Source of the DNA: a virus
Taxonomy: Duplodnaviria; Caudoviricetes
IMG/VR virus record: IMGVR_UViG_3300031911_000003
Coordinates: 1-64,000 of that record
Length of the DNA stretch: 64,000 nt
Strand: one strand, 5' to 3'
Shown: positions 43,875-53,256 of the stretch, piece after piece
Layout: the number at the start of each line of letters is the position of its first letter
Position numbering within the stretch: position 1 is the stretch's first letter
Notes under the pieces: generated by a model
The model's database searches: none
What the model was told of the DNA's origin: nothing
The model's input: the letters and a program-made list of their open reading frames with translations, nothing else
Position numbers and translations under genes: made by a program

Positions 43875-44483
43875 TCACTTCGCCGCATCCACCGCGTACT
43901 CGCCGACGCGCACGAGCAGCATGCAGCCGATGACGCGGCCGACGTTGACGAGATGGTGCTGCGAGGCGCGATAGACGACCTCGACTTCGATCGTCTCGCC
44001 GAAGAGGAGCTCACTAGCGAGGTAGCGCTGCTTCGCGCCGGCCTCTTCGACTTGGCAGACGAGCGCGGCGTAGCCGTCGGGGATGGACAGAGTGACGCCC
44101 GTCGACAGGCGGCGCGGCGGGTCGTTCGGCCCGACGCTGAGCCCGCAGCGTCCGGCGTGCGACGGCTTCGGCGCGTAGCGCAGCCAGAGCCGGCCGTCCC
44201 TGACCTCGGGTTTCAGTTCGTCGGACTTCGCGAGCGCGGTGAAGCGCAGCGTCGGGGGCTTCTCGGGCGAATTCAGGCAGGCATTGACTTCGTCGAGGAT
44301 GTTCCGCTTCGCCTCTTCGAGGCAACGCATCGTCGTCTCCTCACACGAACGGCGCAGCTTGGCGATCTCGTTTGCGAACATCTTCTCGATCTCGATCGCC
44401 GACATCTTCTCGATTTCGGTCTGCGGTTGCTCTTGCTTCGAGTTCTCTTTCGTCATTGTCGAATAATCCTGCATTCGTTCCAC
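43875..44483 (-). CDS. degenerate dUTPase-fold protein lacking catalytic motifs
   Basis: LSTGVTLSIPDGYAALV and GETIEVEVV...GRVIGCMLL align to the dUTPase scaffold; AGxDL, RSG/S, IDxDYxG and RGxGGFG are absent. Confidence 0.55.
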   Translation of the reverse strand: MERMQDYSTMTKENSKQEQPQTEIEKMSAIEIEKMFANEIAKLRRSCEETTMRCLEEAKRNILDEVNACLNSPEKPPTLRFTALAKSDELKPEVRDGRLWLRYAPKPSHAGRCGLSVGPNDPPRRLSTGVTLSIPDGYAALVCQVEEAGAKQRYLASELLFGETIEVEVVYRASQHHLVNVGRVIGCMLLVRVGEYAVDAAK

Positions 44484-45074
44484 TTACTCGCTGAGGACCG
44501 CAGCTTTCGGCGGTGGCCTGCCACGTATTTCGGGCTCGATGTCCACACCCGACGATGCTTCGGCAGCCGAGCATCTGAGCCACTCTCTCACGCTTTGACA
44601 ACGCGCGTCAAGGCGCGGTAGCATGCGGGGCATGAACGAACTCAAGAGCACCTGCAGAAACAGCGCTACACGACTGGCAGCCAGGCGCACCTATATGGCG
44701 CCTCGCACCACAAGAACCTGCCCCACGACGTGTACGCGAAGGAGACGGCGCTGGACGTCGGCGAGGACGTGCAGGTAAAAGAACAAGGGCCACAACGCGC
44801 CGCCGCCGGAGCGGATGGACTGTGATTAAAGTCGACGCGAGGCGCTGAGATGTGGATCGCGATCGGAATACTCGAGGGCATGCGGCGTCGCTTAGTCAGC
44901 GACGGCTACACCGACGAGCAGGCGCTGCGTCGTCTGAGCATGGACATGTTAGTGTACGACCCTTCCGACTGATGTCGTTATTCGCTGGTCAGTGCCCGAA
45001 GTGGAGTGCGGCGTTGGACTTCGCGCTGTCTAAATCGGTGATTCGAGCGGATTACGCGAGATGGAAGACGCGAA

Positions 45075-46148
45075 TTAGTTGCCGCGGTTCTTTTGGATGT
45101 ACTGAGGGAGCAGGTAGTCAGCACCCTCGTAGTTGTTGACTTTCCAGCGCAGCTCGTTGTCGTTGAAGACGCTGGCGCTGTTAGGGTCGACCTGCATCGC
45201 GTAGGACGGCGCGAGAGCGCGGGCGAAGCCGATGCCGAAGCGGCGGCTGTCAAGCAGGTACCAGGTCACGTCGCCGGACGCGGTGCCGTCGGACAGCACG
45301 TCCGCGTAGACCACCTTCTTGATGTACTTGCGGATGTAGACGACGTTGTCGCCCTGCGCGGCAGTGTTTGCCGGCTGCCCCGGCGCGGCGTTCTGCCCGC
45401 CGTAGACGATCGAGCCGACGAGCGTGGCGATGTCGGCGTCGTACATGAGCGACGAGGGCACGACCAGCGTGTCGAGCCGGACGCCGGCTGGAGTACCGTC
45501 GCCGAGCCGGATCTGCGCTGCCTTGGCGATGGCCTTCGACAGGTTCGCTGCAGTCAGCGGGTAGTTCGTCCGGTAGTTGTCGAACGTCCGGCCGGTGAAG
45601 TTCGATGCCAGGTCCTCTGGGATCGCCGTGTCGAAGAAGTTCTTGCCTGTCGCGCCCGAGAACCAGGCCGCCGCCGCGTTGCCCTGCTGGAGCAGCGAGG
45701 AGACGAGGAAGTCGGGGTTCTTCTCCGCGACGCGCCGGAGCGTCCGCGGAGCGGCGGCGAGCGTGCGGTAGATGTCGTTGCTGAACTCCCACCTGTTGAC
45801 GTGTACTTTCTTCTGGTAGGGCAGGAGCTCGATCGTCTGCGCCTGGCGCACGAGCGGGTTCGAGCTGCCCGCACCGAAGGTCTGCTCCATCGGACCCATC
45901 GGCATGAGCTGTCCAAAGATTGCGGTCTTCGGCAGCGAGGCGAACGGGTTGAGCTCGCCGTCAGCCAGGCGCGCGTCGGGGATCGTGAAGTCGTCCGGCC
46001 CCTGCGTGCGGGCGACGTCGGTGTAGAAGATGCTGTCCTCACTCGGGTCATACGCCTCCTGCAGCGCCGCCTGCACGTAGGCCGTGAAGGCGACGGCGAC
46101 CTGCGCCGTGGTGAGGGACGATAGGGTAACTACGTTCGGGCCGTTCAT
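45075..46148 (-). CDS. major capsid protein (Mu gpT-like)
   Basis: YQKKVHVNRWEFSND, GKNFFDTA, LDTLVVPSSL, TWYLLDS; downstream of the protease and decoration genes. Confidence 0.85.
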   Translation of the reverse strand: MNGPNVVTLSSLTTAQVAVAFTAYVQAALQEAYDPSEDSIFYTDVARTQGPDDFTIPDARLADGELNPFASLPKTAIFGQLMPMGPMEQTFGAGSSNPLVRQAQTIELLPYQKKVHVNRWEFSNDIYRTLAAAPRTLRRVAEKNPDFLVSSLLQQGNAAAAWFSGATGKNFFDTAIPEDLASNFTGRTFDNYRTNYPLTAANLSKAIAKAAQIRLGDGTPAGVRLDTLVVPSSLMYDADIATLVGSIVYGGQNAAPGQPANTAAQGDNVVYIRKYIKKVVYADVLSDGTASGDVTWYLLDSRRFGIGFARALAPSYAMQVDPNSASVFNDNELRWKVNNYEGADYLLPQYIQKNRGN

Positions 46149-46154
46149 GGTCGC

Positions 46155-46586
46155 TTACTCCACCGCCACGCGCACAGGGCGGTTGTATGGGGCCAGGGGG
46201 TCGGTCGGCTGGAAGGCGACGATCTCGCCGCCGGGCGGGCCGTCAGCCGAGTCGAAGCTGATCGTGTTCGGCGACGACAAGTAGCCCTGCTGACCGACAT
46301 AGGTCTGATCGACCGGGTTCGTGCCGTCGTTATAGAAGTCGTACATCGCGCCGTACTCGACGATGACTTCGCCGGCTCCGTCGAGACCCCCGGTGTTGTC
46401 GAACGATGTGAGGGCGCAGCACGGACGCTTGCCGGTCGCGGCGTTCGCGGCGCCGGGCGCCTCGAGATAGCCGCCGACCTCGACGTAGAACTTGCCGAGC
46501 TCGATCACGGCGTCGGCCGCGACCTTCTTTACGACCTGCTGGAATCGCGCCTGGTTGCCGACGCGGGGCGTGAACTGGATGGCCAT
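46155..46586 (-). CDS. head decoration / cement protein
   Basis: Between protease and MCP; FDNTGG.DG...VEYG, YVGQQGYL..PNTIS. Confidence 0.7.
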   Translation of the reverse strand: MAIQFTPRVGNQARFQQVVKKVAADAVIELGKFYVEVGGYLEAPGAANAATGKRPCCALTSFDNTGGLDGAGEVIVEYGAMYDFYNDGTNPVDQTYVGQQGYLSSPNTISFDSADGPPGGEIVAFQPTDPLAPYNRPVRVAVE

Positions 46587-46587
46587 G

Positions 46588-48291
46588 TTACTTGCGCTCC
46601 ATGCGGATGTTGCGCGCGTCAGCCGGCGCGCTCGCTTGCTCGTTGACGACGACGGTGGCGCCGTTCGGGTTGAGGGGTCGGATCGGGCGCTCGGCCAGGC
46701 GATCGTTCATCGTGCTGCTCTCCACCGTCGCGCCGGGCCGGATGCCCGCAGCCGCGGAGCGGAGGCGCTCCACGTCGAGCCCACCGCGCCGGGCCATCAT
46801 CGCGAAGACGCCGTCGAGCGCCGGGTCGGCGCTGCGCGTCTCGCGGGCGGCGGGCGGCGGAGCCAGGACGGACGGTGGTGCAGTTCCGTCGCCGCTCCTG
46901 AGCGGCGCGGTTCGCGTCACCTGGGCAACGGCGCCGGCCACCTGAATCTTGAACGTCCGCAGCTGCTCGAGCGACCAGGGGCGCGAGGCGCGCTTGTTCT
47001 CGACGCTGCCGCGAACGTAGCCGACCGGATCCATGCCGAGCATCTCGGCCTCGAGGCCGGGCTCGAGGCCGGCATCGGAGGCGGCGATCTCGAGCACGAG
47101 CTTCTGCCGCTCACTGTCTTCGGTCTTGGCGGCGGCGGAGCGTTGCTCGCTGAGCATGCGCTTGTGCGCGGCCTCGACGGTCTGCATCGCGGCGAACTTC
47201 GTCCGCAGCTCGGCGGGCGTCTTGGCGATCTTGCCTCCGACGTCCGCGAAGGTCTGTTCCGCGTGCGGGAGGCAAGCGCGCTGGCAGGCGGCCCACTCCT
47301 TGGCCATCTCCTCGTCGCCGAGCTTCTCGGGCGCGGCGCGCATCATCGAGTTGAAGAGCGCGACGTCCTGCGCGGCATCGGCGTGCCCGCCCATCTCATC
47401 GATGGAGGCGGTCATGAGGTTCACCATGCCGAGCGCAGTCTTCATACACCCACGCGCACATTCCTTGAAGAAGGCGCGCAGCGACTCGTCAGAAGTCGCG
47501 GCCATCATCGCCAGCGCGTCGCCGGCAGACCGCATCTGGTCAGAGATCGACCAGCGGATCTGGTCGCGCAGCTCGGGGGTCAGCATCTTGAAAACTCCAG
47601 TCGTGAAGGCGAAAGGTTGCGCGTCACGCTTCGTGATGGTAGAAGAGGTAGTCCACGTCGTCTTGGGTCCAACTTGCTGCGGAGGTGCCAAATGCGCTAG
47701 TTTCGTAATTCCCGCGCGCTGCGCGGCGCGCAGCCCATCTTCGGCTGCGCGGACGCACAGGGCCATTGGGTTCGACGGCGTCGCGCAGCTCGAGCCCTCG
47801 CGGATTTTGTAGCGCTCGTAGACGAGCGTCGAGCCTGCGACGCCCGTAGCGAAGCACTGCCCGCACGGTCCCCATTTCGTCTCACCCTCACCGCCGCAGC
47901 CCTCACAGTCGCCGCCCTCGCCGAGCTCGACGCGCGTCGCACCCTCGATCGGGTCGAAACCGAGGGAGCAGCCACGCAAGAAACCCCGCACATGGTCCGC
48001 GTAAGTCTCGGCGGCGATCTGCTTGTCCATGTTGAAGCGCACGCGGACGCGGAAGCGCTCTGGCGACTGCTCGACGACCTGCACCATGTCGCCGAGGACG
48101 TTCCTGACACTGCCGCTCGCGTGCGTGTCGAGCCACGGCCTCGCCTCGCTGTGGAACTCGGCGCCCATAGGGTCTAGGCGCGTCCCGTAGGTGTCCCTGT
48201 GCGGGGTGACGAGGTCGAAGTCGAGCACGCCCTCAGGGAGAGTTTCGCCCTTTACGGGCGCGAAGAAGCTGTAGGCGCGGCGCATCTGCAT
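46588..48291 (-). CDS. prohead protease fused to scaffold
   Basis: DTYGTRLDP.G, WLDTH, LRGCSLGFDP, KIREGSSCATPSNP.AL; helical C-terminal scaffold. Confidence 0.8.
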   Translation of the reverse strand: MQMRRAYSFFAPVKGETLPEGVLDFDLVTPHRDTYGTRLDPMGAEFHSEARPWLDTHASGSVRNVLGDMVQVVEQSPERFRVRVRFNMDKQIAAETYADHVRGFLRGCSLGFDPIEGATRVELGEGGDCEGCGGEGETKWGPCGQCFATGVAGSTLVYERYKIREGSSCATPSNPMALCVRAAEDGLRAAQRAGITKLAHLAPPQQVGPKTTWTTSSTITKRDAQPFAFTTGVFKMLTPELRDQIRWSISDQMRSAGDALAMMAATSDESLRAFFKECARGCMKTALGMVNLMTASIDEMGGHADAAQDVALFNSMMRAAPEKLGDEEMAKEWAACQRACLPHAEQTFADVGGKIAKTPAELRTKFAAMQTVEAAHKRMLSEQRSAAAKTEDSERQKLVLEIAASDAGLEPGLEAEMLGMDPVGYVRGSVENKRASRPWSLEQLRTFKIQVAGAVAQVTRTAPLRSGDGTAPPSVLAPPPAARETRSADPALDGVFAMMARRGGLDVERLRSAAAGIRPGATVESSTMNDRLAERPIRPLNPNGATVVVNEQASAPADARNIRMERK

Positions 48292-48315
48292 CCTGCGCCG
48301 AGATGGTCGCCGAGG

Positions 48316-48345
48316 TTGACATTTCGTACTCAGCCGCGCTACGCT
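48316..48345 (+). promoter_or_regulatory. sigma70-type promoter TTGACA-N18-TACGCT
   Basis: Lies in the divergent intergenic region upstream of the plus-strand operon. Confidence 0.55.
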
Positions 48346-48582
48346 CGTCCACGGTGATACTCCGCGGCGCGCAGACCGCGTAGCTAGCGCAGAAGCCGCA
48401 GTCGGAAGCGAAGCCGGCCGCTGGCTGAGTCTCGCTTCGCAGTTCTGAAGGGATTAAATGGAACGTACGTATCTCTACGACGCAGACGCTGCAGCCAAAT
48501 TCGTTGTAGCACAGCGCTCAACAGAAAGAGCCAGCAAGCTACACGAAGCCGCTGAGGCGAAGCGCGCGGAGGCGCGCGAACT

Positions 48583-48927
48583 GTGCAAGTGAGCGTGCTC
48601 GAGTGCCTGCTCCTCGACGGAGCGCCGAACGTGCCGGCTGGCGCCGAGTGCGTCGCGTTCACCATAGCGGCGACCGCGGAGCAGGTGCGCGAGATAGAGC
48701 AGGGTTACGGTCGCGGCGCCGCGCTCACGATGTCGTTCGGCATCAACGCCGACGTGCAAAGGCTGACGACAGAGCTCAACAAGTTGCGCACCGATCTCGA
48801 GACGGAGAAGTCTTCGTGGAAGAGACAGACCGACATACTCGAAGCTGAGATCGCCCGCTACCGCGCCGCCTACGACAAGAACCCGCCGGAAGGCGCGAGT
48901 CGCGCGGCGCTGCTTGAGGTCGACTAG
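48583..48927 (+). CDS. hypothetical coiled-coil protein
   Basis: Plus-strand operon, genome-typical codon use. Confidence 0.5.
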   Translation: MQVSVLECLLLDGAPNVPAGAECVAFTIAATAEQVREIEQGYGRGAALTMSFGINADVQRLTTELNKLRTDLETEKSSWKRQTDILEAEIARYRAAYDKNPPEGASRAALLEVD

Positions 48928-49149
48928 TTGCCGACAGTACTGCAAATAGCTCGTGGTGCGCCAGGCGCGGCGCTGCTGACGTCGAGGCAAACCGAAGCTC
49001 TGTTCGAACTAGGCGTCGGCGCAGACCGGCGTTTCGATGCGATCGCGCGGAATTCGCCGAACTACGTCCGTCTACTCGGCCCATTCGGTGCGTCGTGGCA
49101 GATCGGCGACGGTGTGAACGAAGAATTACTGTCGGCGCTGTTCGAGTGA
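48928..49149 (+). CDS. hypothetical protein
   Basis: Directly abuts the upstream stop. Confidence 0.4.
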   Translation: MPTVLQIARGAPGAALLTSRQTEALFELGVGADRRFDAIARNSPNYVRLLGPFGASWQIGDGVNEELLSALFE

Positions 49150-49688
49150 CGCAGCTACAACGCTTGGCGCATGATGCTCTCGAATCCGCGACCGATGAAG
49201 AGATACAAGAACCGGATATTAGAGGAGTTGTTCAAATGAACCAAGCAGCGACACAAGTACTCGACGAAATGGTGCTTGGCGCGCACGCGAAAGCGATGCT
49301 CGCGAAGCTCTGCATAAACGACATGGCCGCGCCGCTCGTCGCCATCTACAGGCACATCGGCGGCGGCAAGATGCTCGACGATTTCGAACCGCAGGTCGGC
49401 GACTACTTCGCCGCCGAGATGAACCTCGTGCGCTTCGCGCTCGCGCAGTGCGATGTCGGCGTGAAGCGACAGGAAGAGCTCGTCAAGAGCACCGTGCGCC
49501 GCATCGCGGCGATCTTCGTCGGCTACGTCGACAAGATGAGCCGAGGCGAGCCGATCGACGAAGAGCAGGCGGAGTTTATGAAGAACCGCGCCAAGTTCGA
49601 GGCGGCCGAGACGCCCGCCGAGAAACTGCGCGCCTTCGCCGATCTTCTCGAAGGCCGCAGCGGCGGCAAGAGCAAGTACAGCGCGTGA
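49146..49688 (+). CDS. hypothetical protein
   Basis: GTGA coupling; helical protein. Confidence 0.55.
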   Translation: MTQLQRLAHDALESATDEEIQEPDIRGVVQMNQAATQVLDEMVLGAHAKAMLAKLCINDMAAPLVAIYRHIGGGKMLDDFEPQVGDYFAAEMNLVRFALAQCDVGVKRQEELVKSTVRRIAAIFVGYVDKMSRGEPIDEEQAEFMKNRAKFEAAETPAEKLRAFADLLEGRSGGKSKYSA

Positions 49689-50413
49689 CTCTCGAGAGGC
49701 GCAGCGCGGCTGAGTGGCGGACGGCGCTGACAATTAGACGTACGATTCAACGCAACGCCTTCGCATTCATTACTGCGCCGCCATCTAGCTTTTCGCGTTT
49801 TGAGGAGCAAGCCAGACAAGTTGATCGCGCGATGGCACAAGTCCTGCAAGGCGCCTTTCCGTTCAGCAACGACTTCCGCGGATCGTCGCTCACCTCAGCG
49901 AACCTACACGCCGCGGTCGCTAGAATGCGCACAGCGCAGAACTCGCCCGACCTGCTCGTCATTGACGATCTAATCGCACCGACGGAGATGTCGCGACGAG
50001 TTGACTACATCCTCGGCCGCGTCAATCATCGTCGCCTGCGCCGAATTCCGTGGTCGCAGTGGCTTCCTGCGAAGCTTCGCCGCCTGCGTCGGAGCCTTGG
50101 GCCTCCGTTTCAACGGATTTTTCCTCATCTGTCACCGTTTGAGCGCCGCTATCCGTTTGGCTACCATTCGGACTGCCGGACTGGGCCACCTCCGCTTCCG
50201 CCTCGTCTAAGAAACCGGCTCGAACGAACCAGTGCGCCGCGGGAATGCCCGGCAGCGACTTCTCGAGCTGCGGCAGCGCGGCGGCGAGCGTCGCAATGCC
50301 GGAGGCCGTCTCCTGAGCGCGCTTTGAGCGCTGCTCCTCGCGGGCCGCCTGGTCCTCCGGGGGGGTCGCGTCGCGCCACACGTACGGCGCCAGTTCGAAG
50401 TCTCGGAAGTTGA
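49685..50413 (+). CDS. hypothetical protein; 3' part overlaps the portal gene antisense
   Basis: GTGA coupling at 49685; coding status beyond 50022 doubtful. Confidence 0.3.
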   Translation: MTLERRSAAEWRTALTIRRTIQRNAFAFITAPPSSFSRFEEQARQVDRAMAQVLQGAFPFSNDFRGSSLTSANLHAAVARMRTAQNSPDLLVIDDLIAPTEMSRRVDYILGRVNHRRLRRIPWSQWLPAKLRRLRRSLGPPFQRIFPHLSPFERRYPFGYHSDCRTGPPPLPPRLRNRLERTSAPRECPAATSRAAAARRRASQCRRPSPERALSAAPRGPPGPPGGSRRATRTAPVRSLGS

Positions 50414-51686
50414 ACCACGTGATCCAGCGCGTGAGCTGCGAGCGCAGCACGCCGCTGCACGGCTCCCACACGACGCGGTCTGCGCCCGTCTCGGGATCGC
50501 GGTATGTGCGGCGTCGCGCGTCCCAGAACCATGAGGCGCTCTCGCCGTACTTCTGCCAGAGAGTCTCCTTGTGGACAACGGCCTGTTTGAATCCGCCGGT
50601 CTGCCCCACGGAGGTCATGTCCTGCCCGAGGTAGACGAGCAAGATGCGCCGCAGGATGCGCTTCTCGGTATCGCTGAACGCCTCCCAGCCGCTCCCAGAC
50701 GTGTGTATGAGCTCCACTTCCTCGAGCCGCTTGCCGTCGAGCATGCGCAGGGGGATAACGGCGCCGCTGCCGACGCGGGCGATGAGCTGCGCCGAGGTCG
50801 GCACCTGGCCGGGTCCACCCGCCTGGTCGGCGTGCGGGAAGTTCGCGTCGGCGAAGTATTTGGTGAATCCGAGGCCGAAGCGCTCCGTGAACGCCTGGTT
50901 CGTGAGGAAGTTGAAGAGGTCGCCGATGAAGTCGAGGCCCAGCGAGTAGACCGCGCCGTAGATCCAGGGGTTCCGGTTCGCGGCTTTCGAGAGCACCCAG
51001 CGGCCCATGCCCGGCTCGACGACGAGCAGCCCCTTGTTTATGGTTGTCGCGCAGAAGTCGCCGCCGTCTACGCTGCGGTCGTTGCCACGGTAGAAGTATT
51101 GCGTCTGTGACGGGTGCCAGGGCTTGAGCACCGGCAGCCAGAACCGCTGCCGGCCGTCGCGGCGCTCCTCCCAATCAGCGCCCATAATGCCCTGGCCCAT
51201 CTGCAGGCGGTCGTCGTGGAAGTTACGCAGCGTCGCGTCGGGGTAGACGTCCTGCTCGATCTCGGCGAACCAGTCGCGCACCCATCGCGCGCGACGGCAC
51301 TTGGGGCGGCGGCAGTCCTCGCCGTGCTCGACGACGCACGCGGCCGACACGTGCCTCGGCAGGAGACTGTTCACGCCCTCCCAGCGGACGTTCAGCGCGT
51401 CGGCGATGACTGGATGCAGCCGGAAGTCGTCGGCGAGAAGCCCCGCTGCGCCGAACGCGCCGCCCGCCATGGACGAGATCGCGGCCTTGGCGCTGTCGAC
51501 GTTCCAGCCATAGACGTCTCGCTGCCCAAAGCCCTGCATCGTCGGGACCTGCGCGATGCGTCCCGTCTGCGGCTCGCGCGGTGGCTTGGCAACAACGCCC
51601 GTCGGCGAGACTGGGAGTAGGCCGCTCGCTGCGCGGTGCAGTAGACTGGCAGCACGCAATCGCAGGTCATGCAGGGTGTAGGCCAT
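50022..51686 (-). CDS. portal protein (DUF935 / Mu gp29-like)
   Basis: LPVLKPWHPS, LVYLGQDMTS....GFKQAVVH, QLTRWITWFNF; ACCATC 9 nt upstream. Confidence 0.85.
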   Translation of the reverse strand: MAYTLHDLRLRAASLLHRAASGLLPVSPTGVVAKPPREPQTGRIAQVPTMQGFGQRDVYGWNVDSAKAAISSMAGGAFGAAGLLADDFRLHPVIADALNVRWEGVNSLLPRHVSAACVVEHGEDCRRPKCRRARWVRDWFAEIEQDVYPDATLRNFHDDRLQMGQGIMGADWEERRDGRQRFWLPVLKPWHPSQTQYFYRGNDRSVDGGDFCATTINKGLLVVEPGMGRWVLSKAANRNPWIYGAVYSLGLDFIGDLFNFLTNQAFTERFGLGFTKYFADANFPHADQAGGPGQVPTSAQLIARVGSGAVIPLRMLDGKRLEEVELIHTSGSGWEAFSDTEKRILRRILLVYLGQDMTSVGQTGGFKQAVVHKETLWQKYGESASWFWDARRRTYRDPETGADRVVWEPCSGVLRSQLTRWITWFNFRDFELAPYVWRDATPPEDQAAREEQRSKRAQETASGIATLAAALPQLEKSLPGIPAAHWFVRAGFLDEAEAEVAQSGSPNGSQTDSGAQTVTDEEKSVETEAQGSDAGGEASQEATATTEFGAGDDD

Positions 51687-51940
51687 CGCCCGAAGATGGT
51701 CGCCGAGCTTGACGCAGCGACGGGAAGTACCGAAGATACTTCAATGCTTGCAGCAAATATAACTTGCGACACCTATGTAGGTGGTTTGTTCATAAGCTTG
51801 TGTGAAGACGCAAGCATTCGCGCTGACTTGTGGACTTGGCATTTCCTCTATCATTCAATCGATCGTTGGTCATTTCCATGGAACGGGTTCCTAGAGTTAT
51901 TCGTCCACCGAGAGTGGAAGCGTTTGTCGGTGGTGTTTTC

Positions 51941-53119
51941 GTGACCTCCATCGTTTTCGACGTCCACGCCTGGCCACATCGAAGACACGGTGGCCCACTC
52001 GTCAAAGGGATCAACAGGCGCGGGCAGCTCTGCCTCGACGTGCTGTGTCGGGCTGTGGATGCCACGAACAGCAGTGGCGACGCTCTGATCGTCGCGGGCG
52101 ACCTCATCGACAGCGCTGGACCCGTGCAGCCGCAGTTCGCGGCGGCGCTGCGCGGTGTGCTTCAAAAAGCGCGACGACCTGTGACGTTGCTCCTCGGCAA
52201 CCACGACATGACTGCAGAGAACGATCACAGCCTGGCGATCTACGAGCAGAACGACGATTGGACGAACATCAACGTCTGCTCGTCGATTGCGTGGCCCCAC
52301 GGCGCGATGCTGAGCGATTGCGCGCTCGGCTGCGACGAATCGATCCTAGTACCATTCCACTGCGACATACGTGACGAGCGTGTGCGCGACGTACCGTTGG
52401 TCGTCGGCCACTTCGGCGTGTACGACGACAGCTTCTCGCCTTGGTGCAAGCGCGCGAAGGGTGCTTGGCATGTAGACGCGCTGTTCGCGTTCATGCGAGA
52501 GCGGAACATTCGCTGTGTGTGTCTCGGTGATTGGCACTCAAGGGCTATCTGGCAGAAGCGTGACGGCGTTGTCATGCATCACAGTGCGGACACACGTTGC
52601 CTTAGCGAGCTAACGCTAGATCGACCAGACAGCTTTATCGTGATGCAAGGCGGCGCGCTCTGCACAACGGGGTGGGACAACCCAGGTCTTCACGGCTACG
52701 GCACCGTCGCGCGCTGGGGCGGTGAGCGCCTGTCGTGGCAGGAGCTGCCAGGCCCACGCTTCTGCGTCGCGCGCAGCGACAAGGAAGAGGCCGAAATCGT
52801 CGCCGAGGCGAAGCGATTAGGACACAACTTGTTCCTGCGGCGCTACTACCAAGGCGACGCGGCGCCGCAGCGACCCGAAGGGTTCGAGGCGTATGAAGCG
52901 CTTCCCGTCCGCATTGAGCAAGCCGCGCAGCACTTTATAGTTGAACAGATTCCAGGCGAGAGCATTTTGGCTGGCTATAGTGTTGGGGGTTTACCTGTGT
53001 ATTACCCAACCAAATTTGAGACACCTGAACAGAAGTTGGAACGCTTGCTAACGAAGTGGCTAGACCAATTCGGGGACGACAGAGATGCTCTGGAAGCGCA
53101 CGCAAGGAGATATCTATGA
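51941..53119 (+). CDS. Mre11/SbcD-like metallophosphoesterase nuclease
   Basis: FDVH, IVAGDLID, LLGNHD, VGHFG, CLGDWH, QGGALCTTGWDNPG. Confidence 0.85.
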   Translation: MTSIVFDVHAWPHRRHGGPLVKGINRRGQLCLDVLCRAVDATNSSGDALIVAGDLIDSAGPVQPQFAAALRGVLQKARRPVTLLLGNHDMTAENDHSLAIYEQNDDWTNINVCSSIAWPHGAMLSDCALGCDESILVPFHCDIRDERVRDVPLVVGHFGVYDDSFSPWCKRAKGAWHVDALFAFMRERNIRCVCLGDWHSRAIWQKRDGVVMHHSADTRCLSELTLDRPDSFIVMQGGALCTTGWDNPGLHGYGTVARWGGERLSWQELPGPRFCVARSDKEEAEIVAEAKRLGHNLFLRRYYQGDAAPQRPEGFEAYEALPVRIEQAAQHFIVEQIPGESILAGYSVGGLPVYYPTKFETPEQKLERLLTKWLDQFGDDRDALEAHARRYL

Positions 53120-53256
53120 CTATTCTCTGTAAATGTTGCTCAAAGATCACTTGTGGGCAATTCTTTGTTCGCTGTCCGCATTGTGTTGTCATCCACGTTT
53201 GTGGAAGCGGTGTTGCGCTATCATCGGCAGAACAAGCATGCTTGTGGACTTCGTGA
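53116..53256 (+). CDS. small Cys-rich Zn-finger protein
   Basis: ATGA coupling; MTILCKCC...CPHC. Confidence 0.4.
   Translation: MTILCKCCSKITCGQFFVRCPHCVVIHVCGSGVALSSAEQACLWTS

Noticed and set aside
44576-44826. Coding-looking plus-strand frame (..EHLQKQRYTTGSQAHLYG..)
   Set aside because: No ATG/GTG/TTG start near the beginning of the frame after the upstream stop, so it cannot be supported
49940-49985. PDLLVIDD as a terminase Walker B fragment
   Set aside because: An isolated short match without other terminase motifs; the real TerL starts at the right edge
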